From positions 1,298,657 through 1,362,656 of the forward strand of contig RDEW01000005.1 of NCBI GenBank assembly GCA_011109175.1: a DNA stretch of 64,000 bases, written 5' to 3'. Positions 53,797 through 64,000 of the stretch are shown here, in pieces; within the stretch, counting starts at the first letter, position 1; each line of letters begins with the position of its first letter. The stretch is from Dicyema japonicum (taxonomy: Eukaryota > Animalia > Dicyemida). The notes beneath the pieces are model-generated. The model was not told the DNA's origin and did not search any database. It saw nothing but the letters and a program-made list of their open reading frames with translations. A program made the translations under genes and the position numbers.

Positions 53797-54882
53797 TATT
53801 ATCTGCGTCGATAGTGAAATTTAAAAAATGATGTATTTAACGTCGAATTACGTAATCGATTATATTTTATAATGTCAGGGAAATTCCCCATGAGGAATCC
53901 GTTCGTAAGTAATCCAATTTTATTATATTTTATTTGTTCAAGAGGGTGAACGAATAAATGCAATTTTAGGTAAATTTAGTATTCTATTTATGTGTAGCCA
54001 TTAAAATGGTATATTAAGTTGGTTGAAACTTTAACCTTGACATCAGCGAAGGATTTTTGTATTAATATGTGCTAATAAATTGGAAATTAACTGTCTTTGG
54101 TATATAAGTGTCCAGTAAATTGGTTTACTCGTGAATAGACTTAAGCTATTTTATTAGTCAAAATAAAAACGAAACAGAAAAATAGAGTTATCAGGCCGCC
54201 TTAAATGCGTGACTATTGGTTCATTTATCTTTTAATCTTAATGATTTGAGGAATCATCTTGAGGTTTGATTAAAAAAAGAAATATTTATAATTGTCAAAT
54301 AGCGACGACTTTGTTATCCTCATTTAATGAATCTCTGGGCTTTGAACTAATTTTTAACTTTAATTGATGACTAGGAGTCACATTCTATATAGTTTTAATT
54401 ATTACATAATTAGTAACAATCATTTCACTGAATAATCCATTAGATCTTCTATAATGTATTTAACGGCGGGATAGGTGAATGCGTAAAATAATTGACTAGG
54501 AAACATTGGAATAAAGAAGTGTCGGATCCACTATGAATTCGAACCTAACTCCGAGTTCGAATCTCGTCTTCCACTAAATTTGAATGAACTTTTGGTTCCA
54601 TGTGAGTTACAGTAAATAATCCGGTATTCAGTGAATTTTTTTCACTTATGTCAGTCGTTAAGCCAGGAGGCATTGTTAATGCATGGAACCTTCAGTATGA
54701 TAGACATATATGTAAGTTATTCACAAGTAATGTGGTGCTTCCTCTAGAGGTCAACTGTAATTGAGAACATGGCATCATTTTCACTAATAGATTGTATTAT
54801 ATGATATTGTATTCTCAGGATTATTAATATATCGTATTGTCAAGGTCCCAATTTATTTATTTTTTATGGCTAAAAATAAATA

Positions 54883-56200
54883 AATGTCATGTGGCTCGTC
54901 GACGACTTGGTGGCATTTGAAGAAAAGAACCACACTTTCCCCCATCTTCACGGGTGGACCAATAAAAAAGGCCTGCGCCGCTGCGGAGACGTTGAGGCAA
55001 ACCCTGGACCAGCCAGAATAGTCCAACTGAACATAAATGGAATACTCGAACTTCGGACATTTGTGAAAGAAAATCACATCGATCTATTGCTAATTCAAAA
55101 GTCTAAACTTTCTCCAAAGAATTCAACACCAGTATTTCCGGGATTCACAGTAATTCGCCGTGACAGAATTGGCAAACTTGGTGGGGGTCTTCTCACAGTT
55201 ATTCGCATCGGCATTCCGTTTGAGGAATTAACCAACAGTGCTACAGTATGCTTAAAGGATATGGAAATCTCGAACTTTTGGTTACCAAAGTACGATTCCC
55301 GACTATCAATAATACTTGTCAACGCATATCTCCCACCGTTGAGTTCCTGCTCGTCCAGTGCTCCCAGACTCACTCCTCTTGCATCACTGAAGAATGTGAT
55401 TATCTGTGGTGACTTCAATGCGAAGCACCCACTGTGGCTGACAGGAACAAACCTACGACAAAAGAGGGAAGATGATAATTGAGGACGTACACAGCCTATG
55501 TATACTCAACAATCCTACATCCCATACAAGAACACCTACTCGACGTAACGATAAACCTTCTTCTATCGACATCTCACTGTCATCACCGTCCTTGGCCCCT
55601 CTTATTGACTGGTCAGTGAAATATGACACCAGGAGTGACCACAATCCAATATTTTTGGAGGTCAAAACAAGGTCACGGATAAAAGGACAATGCCCAACGA
55701 TAACTAACTACAGCCTTGTGAATTGGAGAGGATTCAAGAATACGTCGATAATTGCATTGGACTATTAAATTTCCCCACTTCTCCCTCCGTCGAACAATTA
55801 GTGAAATAGTGCAACTCCATTATAAACGCTGCGAAAAAAGTACATTCCTATGGGGAGACAACCTACGTCATCAAAACGTTTCAACACAACGACGAAACAT
55901 CTGATCAGAAATGCGAAATAATCTAAAGATGGTAAAATCGCCAACAGAAGAGAACATCAGGAAAATACGAGAATTGAACAGAGAGATCGACAACAACATA
56001 AAGGCAGAAAATGCAAATAGATGGACGAGACTATCGAAGGCTCTCTGCAAAAACCCCCAATGCAGAGAGTGTAGAAGTGGATCAAACATCAAAAGATCCT
56101 CCTGAGAGAGAAAAATCGAAGTCTACATAAAACCAGATACTCTGATAAAATATTACACGTCTATATCCTACACGAAGTTTTCAAAAGAACACCAAATATT
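54883..56200 (+). mobile_element. Ingi/Vingi-like LINE, 5'-intact (pseudoknot, 2A, APE), truncated before RT
   Basis: RRCGDVEANPGP (ends 55011), VQLNING, IICGDFNAKHPLW and RSDHNPI motifs. Confidence 0.85.
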
Positions 56201-56229
56201 TTATTTTTTTACCCCAAGATCACCGGATT

Positions 56230-57494
56230 AGAAAAGTTAACTACTAACTAAGTGATCCTGGTTTTCCGGGTTCTGGCTCTCGTTCGGGATCCAACAGAAT
56301 TGGTAGAAACAGGGACGGTCTCATTCTCCATAGATTCCCCGCATTTTCTAGATAGTCAGATATAGATAGTGAAAGCGGACAGGCGGTTTTCATTGCCCAC
56401 TGTAGAAATGACTTCACTCTTTACCTTAGGTGTTCTTTAACGTTATCCACAGTTTTCTTATTTATTATTTTCAAGGCAGCAAGTTGTGCGGCTTCTAACT
56501 TTTGAGACGACGAATCAGAAATCATCGAGCTCCAAGAAGGACATGTGTATTCGATTACTGGCAGTATGTATTGTCTGTAAATTTTCTGTAGTAAGAAAGT
56601 GTTGCGCCTGATTGGTGATCGGGACAAAATTTTCAACATGTTGGTCCTCCTCCTGACTTTGGTAATAACTTCATTGACGTGTTGGCCGAATGTCAGGAGA
56701 GTGTCCAACTTTAATCCTAGTATTGTTGGAGACCTATTCATAGGAATTTCATATCCAAACAATTTGATTTTGGGAGAGTATAATGATCTTCTATATGTAG
56801 AAAAAATTGTTATAAATGACTTTCCTGTAGAAACTTCCAGTCGATTTGATATGAGCCAGTGTTCCAACATGACAGTGAGATTCCACAATGATTTTCATCA
56901 TAATAGGGCTGTGATCACTTCTTAGTTCATATTTTACAGTCCAGTTGATGAGGGGAAACATTGATGGGGAACATAAGAGAGGTCAGGGAATGTAGGTTTG
57001 TCTCCTGTTCGAGTAGGTGTTCTGGTGTTGCTTTTAGTGTTATTCAATATACAAAATTGTCCCAAATTTCTGGTCAGTAGGTTTCCTCGTTCCAAATGGT
57101 CATCTTCTGGATAGAATTTTCGGATTTTGTTTGAAATATCTTCATATTGAATTCTATTTCTTATTAGTGTCAATAGTCCTCCACCAAGCTTAGTATTTCT
57201 GTTTTTGCGGATAACGGAGGTTGGGGTCGTATGAATGCTTGTAGCTTTGTCTCTTGGACTAGAGCAATGTCAATTTCATTTCTATTGAGTAAGTGGTGGA
57301 CCTTCAGCACCTTGTTTCGTATTTAGTTAATATTGATCTGGACCAGGTTGATTTCAGGGCCTGGGTTGGATTCGACGTCACACAAAATTAGAGCGTACCT
57401 GGAAAACCATCCTCTTTCATGGATAGGGAAAGTGCAGTTCTTTTTAACATCATGTGATGCATAACACCACCATACAAATGAACCACGCGGCATT
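56230..57494 (-). mobile_element. Ingi/Vingi-like LINE, 5'-intact but internally deleted
   Basis: Pseudoknot 57434-57494, LILCDVESNPGP at 57356-57391, APE scraps, then PTILGLKLDTLLTF and YILPVIEYTCPSW. Confidence 0.8.
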
Positions 57495-58743
57495 TATTTT
57501 CTTTCAATCCTCGGACGTTAAATGACGCCAATGTGAAGAGATCATTCGTGATGTGTGAAATAGACATAAAATCATTAGTCACGTGTGAAATAGACATTGT
57601 AAACAATATTATCAAATTTTCACAGCGAAAGTCGAAATTCATAAAGGCACTTCTATGACAATACATGAAGTCATTAAGTTCGACGTTAAGTTCACTATAC
57701 ACTCAATGCATCGAACTGGCCATCTGCACGAAGAACAGAGCCAAAACGAGTCTAAAATCCAAGTTTTCCAATCTAATGTCTCCAAAACCTTACAGAAGTT
57801 TTCCGGATTTGATTCGAGGTCCTTGTTAATAAAGTGGCTATCTCAACCGCACTGAGCAAGGAAATAAGATAAACACTTATTTCTGAATTAATGAAGAAAA
57901 CTGCCAAATTGTAATATCCGTTTGTCCCACTTGGCCTAACAAACATTTTCCTTTAATTTTGGTGAAATATTAATAAAATGACAGTTAAGCGATATTAATG
58001 TCACTTATTATAAGCTATTATTTGTTTTAATGTTCCTAATAAACTCATTCAAATGTTTAATGATTTTCTATTTATTCATTAACCCCAATACAGCTAGAAA
58101 GAAGTTAGTTACTAATTGAGATCACTGAGTTCCCAAATTCGCACTCAGAGTCACACGTCAATCCGAAACCACAATTGCAAAAATCTTTCAAATAAATGGT
58201 TCCTTTCAGTGCTGCGTTTGCATTGGACACCTCCTGATACGTTTAACGTCTAAACGCAATGAGAAAGAAACAAAGCATGGAAAGAGAACTTTGACCAAGT
58301 ACTCTGTTGGAGGATTCGAACACATCGTAATTGATGCATAATATCATTTACTCTATAAAAGATTAGGCCTTAAAGATAGTCCAAGATAGAAAAATTATTT
58401 AATCATTGGCAGAAAGCGCAGGATTAGTTCATCTGAAGTAGGTTCCCATGGCGAGAAACAAATATCTGAACAGAATATGGTAAAAAGTTCCATCGATCCA
58501 CATAAAACTATCCTTTCTAAAGTCAGAGTGAATACAGAACAAATTATAAATCTTAGTGGAACACTATATTAAGAAAGTGGTTAAAATTAGTAATTTAAGT
58601 ATAATTCCCTTCTTCTCAAACAAAGCGTACACTCCCTCTGATCAGAAAAAAATTCCAACATTGCGCATCTGACAATTTATTTATTAACCCCGGATACACC
58701 GAGAAAGAAGTTAAAGTAAACAACTAATTAAGTGAAAAATAGG

Positions 58744-59005
58744 AATAGCCGCGTGGCGCCATGTGGTGCTTCGTGTCTAATTGGTTGAAGTTTCAATTTT
58801 GTCCGTCGGTTCCTCCTCTTTCTTCCTATTAGAGTGGCGTCATGTGATCCACCTGTCTAAGTGGCGCCCAGTGCCAAGCAGGAACGAAAAAAATGATCAT
58901 TTGTTCTCCCCCACTGTACTGGAGGGGTTTTCACAACTGCAACTATTAACGTCTTTTACCTTTTATGTTGATTCCGGATGGAGTCTGTTTCTGTAGAGGT
59001 GGAAA
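58744..59005 (+). repeat. Hairpin plus HDV-like pseudoknot element
   Basis: Closely similar to 51678-51935, including the downstream tail ttttatgttgattcc..gtttctgtaga.gtggaaact. Confidence 0.8.
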
Positions 59006-59761
59006 CTGGATACACTGACTGACAAATAAGGATTCGTAACCAATATTTAAAAATATTAAAAAACTAATATCTATAGTTAATTTATCAATATTATTTAATA
59101 AAAATAAAATATATTAGTTAACCGAAAAATAAATAAATTATGGGATTCATATGTACTTAGTTGTGTATGTTTATTTTTCATTTTTTCAAAAATTATTTTC
59201 AAAATAACTTATTTAGGTGAATGAAAGGAACTGATAGTTTTTCAATAACAAAAGAAGAGGCCGTATGGCTGATAAAGTAAGGAATGGTCATAGCTTTTAA
59301 GTATTTTGAGCGAAAAGAAGGTAGCTTCAGTTAGCTTCAATAACATGGCCAAATCCTTTAATAATTATGTTCGCCGGTCCTATAAATTGTTTGCTGTCGG
59401 GATTTGTCTGGTTTGACTCATTGTAACACAAGGTTGAGCTTCTTCACAGATTCGAACTGTTCCCTGGTCGTGCTCAACGTTTGATGGCTCTGTTTTTGAT
59501 CTTCAAACTCTTCTCCAACGAGGAAAACCTTTCTGGCTCCATTTTTTCTCAATATTTGGCTGAGATAATCGTATTTTGTAATAATTACGTAATTTAGGAT
59601 CCCGAAAAACGGAGACCCACCTTTGGAGGGATTAAATCCTTCGAGCCGAGTGAACTAAGCTTCACGATTCAAGTTCTTAACGGAAACACTGAGGTTTCAC
59701 GGAATTTTATTTGTAGCTACTCGGATTGACTCCAAACGACGTAATAAACGAAAAAAATCCA

Positions 59762-60791
59762 ATGGATACCGTTGATTCCCGTATTTTACAGTTTAGAGGT
59801 CCATGCTGCCTAAAGTGATCGAAGAACTTTGTGACACGTGTTTTATCCATGGCTGCCTTGAGGACCGCATGAGACTACCACTAGTTTGGACCATCTCAGC
59901 GAACAGTGACGAATTGGTCCCCGAAAGTGATGACTTGATGACATTTACGGCAAATCTGTTGGTGACGGTTGTGAAGAGTGCGAATGAGTGTTTGAAACCC
60001 ACTATGATCCGACTTCCTCCACCTCCGTTGGACGGGGACCTGGTAGAGGTTTGGTCTCCGATAACGGTAGATTCCTTGGCACTTTTCTTCTGCAAAACAC
60101 ATTTTACCTCCATTTCACAAGAAGAATCGGCCCAAGTCGATCCGACCCTTTGAAGTGAATTTGCGGAGACCGAGGACTAATTACTTCCGGGACACTCAGT
60201 ACAGCTTCATAAAACGACTTCTTGTGAACAAGAATATAACCTCCGACGAGATCGTGTGTCTCGGAGAACTCATTGTGGCCTTTTCTGCGGAACCTAATTT
60301 GTTATCTACGATAAACGCGGTGGAAAAGGACGTGTTTGCAAGTTTGGTAGCAGCGAATGGAGATGCCACACGTGCGTTAGTGATGTCGTCACTTGGTACT
60401 CCACTTATTGGCGAACTGCTATCAACCTTGGTGGAGATCTCTAATTTTCGGAGTCTGGAAGTCGTGAAGGAGCTATGCACTGAGAAAAGGAGTGGACAGC
60501 CTGTACTAACTGGGGACTTTGTGTGCAAATATATCGAGAATTTCATCCAAAAGATGAATTCAGTGTCAGCAGGCGAAGATTCTGGGGATGGGAACAGTGG
60601 GAAAGGGAGATGGATTCGTCTTTTATGTGCGTTTATATTTTCAGTGTACAAACAGAAACTATTTGATATCCGAGTAAGTGTAATTTTAATGTTAGCCTAT
60701 AATGCAAACTATTCAGGCATTTTCATGTGAGCATGTTAAGATTAAAGAAGGACAAATTTTGTATAAAGCTATCAGAAATTTGGATGATTGA
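59762..60791 (+). CDS. CNOT11: CCR4-NOT subunit 11
   Basis: IRLPPPPLDGDLVE, LVEISNFRSLEVVKEL, YIENFI, IRLLCAFIFS and QAFSCEHVKIKE. An intact frame results from introns at 59771-59796, about 60048-60069 and about 60673-60694. Confidence 0.85.
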
Positions 60792-61199
60792 CTTTATACT
60801 TTATATTTTATCTTCGCTTATTTATCATAGCTGTTTGTTAGGTGTCTTTCCCTTACTTAATATGCTGTGTGTCTGTTTAGGCATGTTTCGTGGGGTGGTA
60901 CATTGATTATAATCTGCTCCCTAGTGGATTTTTCTTGTATATTTATGCTCTTCACGTTGACATTTTGTGATCAGTTTTAAAAATTAAAGTTAGAAAGGTG
61001 CGTGGTTATTTCTCTCTCGACTGCACAGAAAAACAGCGTTCGAAGGCCGCTATTTTGATTTTTGGCTGTTATATTGATTATGATTTGTTTTTGCTCACTC
61101 AATTCTCGGAGTATTTAGTTTAACATGATTTAAATCGATGACTAATTAATATGACAATTACTTTAAAATAACAGTCACAACTACTTACCCGATAGTCAA

Positions 61200-61440
61200 T
61201 CTAGGAGGCAGTCCCACCCGACCATTTTCTGTTTGCGGTTGAAACGTCCGGTTCCCTTGCGCCTACGATATTGGAATTTTTGAATCGGATTTCTACACGA
61301 ACAGGAATCCTCGTGAGCGATGCTGATTATTTGAGCGAATCCCACTCGCCATCCTGAAAGGGAATAGCCACCCTGTCAGGGCTGCTGCTGTATGACTCTC
61401 AGCTGACTGTTTCTTTATTTTAATAAATGATTGATTAGTT
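61200..61440 (+). mobile_element. CRE-clade retrotransposon extreme 3' end
   Basis: FAVETSGSL..LEFL..ERIPLAILKGNS, followed by an AATAAA-rich end. Confidence 0.7.
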
Positions 61441-63165
61441 ATTAATAAAAATTGATTTTCCACCTATTCTCTTGTTGTGTAACATCACTTTCTGATATGC
61501 CTGATAGATCTTTGGGAACGTCCGCTTTTTGTCAGTTACTTTCCTGTTAGCTACGGTTTCCTTTAATTGAAAAACCGGGGGTAAATAAATTAATAATACA
61601 AATTGCTCTTAAGAGCGTTCAATCCATTAAGTCAGACTTTCTTGCATTATTACTATGCACATTCGCAATAAGAAAGTTATATCCTTCCCGTCGCTTGTGC
61701 TAACCCCCGGATGATCCGGCCTGTTAGACTCCTCCACGCTCTTCATGAGATTGCGATTTTTTCATCTGCGTCTTCTAATGCCACTTTGGATGTTTTAGAT
61801 CGATTTTCATTATTGAGGGCAAAGTTGTTCGAGACTTCCTTCTAAAAGCCTCTGAGCAGTGGAAGTATGATTCCATAATATCGTATGCAGGAACGATTAT
61901 TACTAAATAATTGTATCCAAGTGCTTCGATTACAAAGTGTGTATAGGTCTTGGTTTTTGATAAGTACGATTTTTTTGGTGTGTGTTTTAGACATGCGTGC
62001 AATTGAGGGACGTTACCACCTCAGCCACTTTCTTGCATAACTAAAATCAAGAATAAAAAGGAATATTTGGATGCTGAAAAGTGACTCTCAATCCTCACTG
62101 AATCAGTTATAAGTCATAATCTTACTATTATCGTGGTCATTTGCCCGAATCGCTGAAAGTCACCCTCTATAACTCATCTTTATTCTTTTTCTCAACGTCA
62201 GAATCAATCCTATCTCTTACCCAATGAGATATACTCATAATAATCACATCCACGGGTTGATTTGAAACATGAATAAATTTTTAGATTGTCCTCAACTTCT
62301 ATATTCACCTGATTAGTCATCATTTGAGTGATTTAAATGAATCTTCTTCGAGATCACTTAGAGTAAACTCCTGCGAAGTCATAATAATTATATAATTTTC
62401 ACTTCCAACACGGATCCACAATAGCTTGGAGAAAGAATTCATTGAAGACAATGAAAGATGTTTCGGGAGAGGTTACAGCAATGAAGGAATTTCATTCAAA
62501 ACGTCACCACCTCAACCTTCAGATCATCATTCATTTGACTAACCAACAATCCTCTGATCCAGTTATTTTCTAGTATTGTCATGAAAAAGCTTTTCATATA
62601 AATATGATCATCCCATCTCCCCCAGTTCTTAATAATGGTATATTCCGTTACTTATCTTACCATTATAACCTCACAATTGTAAGACAAAGTAGAAGGAAGA
62701 CAAAACACAGGGCAACAACGGAGAAATTACGAAAGGACTCGAATCAGCTGAATATCTGGTACAACTGGAACCCCTCGGGATAGACAACAAAACAGAAAAC
62801 CCGACGGGACGACTTTTTCCCAAGGAAGAGTTGTAAATACCTCACCTAAGACCCCATTTATGTAATAGGATCGACCACAACGAAACCAAAAACCCCTAAA
62901 ATACGCAACAATAAAAAAACATATTGTATTTAAACGTATCTCAGTTAAACCACAGAGATTTTAAGACCAAATTGAATTCTTCCTAATACCATCCGATCGT
63001 TGATATTAAAAAGAGGATAGATACCCTTGAAGAGGGATGACTGGTTGAGAGCGCATTTTCATACAAATCGTAAAAAGAGGTAGTTGTAACACTTTGGGGG
63101 AATAAATCACGGACTTAATTAGTAAAAAAATCAAAAGTCAATAAATATGAATTAATAAAATTAAG

Positions 63166-63657
63166 TTAATTCAGCTTGTTTAAGCTCCAACATTTGAGGA
63201 GTGAGATCGAATAAACAACACAGGTGCATCCAAAAGAGGAAAGTGTGAAGGCCGTTACATAGCGAATGTAACTCCAATTAATAAATCCGGAAATTGTCTC
63301 AAGAGTTGGGAGATTTATTAAAAATAAGGGAATCGAGAAAGTGCCGAATGAGCAGATCCCAAAAATGTACATTTTTAGGAGAAAGTAGGAACTCTTTTTG
63401 AGAGAATAAATGAGCAAAGGAAACAATAAAAAATTTAAAGATAATAAAATGATTATTCCCTTATTGAAAGTAGATGATTTATCGAACATAAAGTAAAATA
63501 CAAAAAACACGTGCATACAAAAATGAATAGCCGATACTTTTTTCAGACGATTTTTTAAACAAGAACTAAAATTGATTTTTGAAGAAAACCTATTTTTATA
63601 GCGGTCATGAATAGTTTCTCGATATTTGAATTCATTATTATCAGTGTCAGTGCTCAT
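63166..63657 (-). CDS. Intronless orphan membrane protein with about four TM segments
   Basis: 163-aa ORF with four hydrophobic stretches and a hydrophilic N-terminus. Confidence 0.5.
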   Translation of the reverse strand: MSTDTDNNEFKYRETIHDRYKNRFSSKINFSSCLKNRLKKVSAIHFCMHVFFVFYFMFDKSSTFNKGIIILLSLNFLLFPLLIYSLKKSSYFLLKMYIFGICSFGTFSIPLFLINLPTLETISGFINWSYIRYVTAFTLSSFGCTCVVYSISLLKCWSLNKLN

Positions 63658-63784
63658 AAAAACAAGAAACGAAACTTAAATTTTAAAATAATTTATATAA
63701 ATTAATTTTAAGATATTTTTATTACTAATAAACCAATCTTTTTTTGGTTGAGCTGGTGATGGGGCTCTGTTAAACATATGTCAA

Positions 63785-64000
63785 AAAACACGGACAGAAA
63801 AGAAAAACATACACTCGACTTGAACATTTTTGGAGACTCCTTACCAATACAGATTCGTCCAACTATCCTGGGAGTGACATTTGACCCTTTGATGACATTT
63901 TCTCAACATGTGAAGAACGTTATGACAAAGGGTCTCAGGAAACTTAATATAATCAAACCGCTCTTGAAGTCCAAACCTTCACATGAATGCGCCCTCGTCG
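63785..64000 (+). mobile_element. Ingi/Vingi-like RT fragment, close paralog of 26690-26890
   Basis: Near-identical nucleotide sequence by eye (cacggacagaaaagaaaaacatacact...gggtctcaggaaact). Confidence 0.85.

Noticed and set aside
54535-54570. Inverted pair of B-box-like motifs (ATTCGAAC/GTTCGAAT)
   Set aside because: No A box, no tRNA fold and a single occurrence.
58975-59010. Possible decayed 2A (..GAG GTG GAA ACT..) downstream of the short pseudoknot elements
   Set aside because: Only VET matches, NPGP is absent and the frame contains a stop. It is too weak without a family consensus.
60140-60160. CTT-TGA at the junction of the two CNOT11 ORFs, resembling the prfB +1 frameshift site
   Set aside because: A canonical 22-nt intron (gtttggtctccgataacggtag, about 60048-60069) puts the region in the downstream frame, so no recoding is needed.

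Overview
AT-rich eukaryotic nuclear DNA, almost certainly animal, using the standard genetic code. Genes are broken by spliceosomal micro-introns, almost all 21-29 nt in my manual parse. That architecture is known from dicyemid mesozoans, but the taxon is an inference. Recognisable host genes: SPT16, CCT2, EFR3, ALG14, CARM1, a divergent H2A.X, CNOT11, a truncated papain-family protease, a probable ephrin-like protein, an Ig/FN3 single-pass receptor and several orphans. A large part of the window is decayed mobile DNA: RTE-like, Ingi/Vingi-like, CRE-like and R4-like non-LTR retrotransposons, a tRNA-derived SINE, and Ginger-like, hAT and pogo DNA transposons. The strongest unexplained signal is a covarying pseudoknot with HDV-ribozyme-like topology (P1-P2-P3-L3-P3'-P1'-P4-CGAAAA-P2') in seven copies. 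Three copies head Ingi-like LINEs directly upstream of a 2A (StopGo) peptide, and four sit in short non-coding elements. All alignments, folds and splice models were done by eye and no database search was run. Boundaries of decayed elements are approximate.
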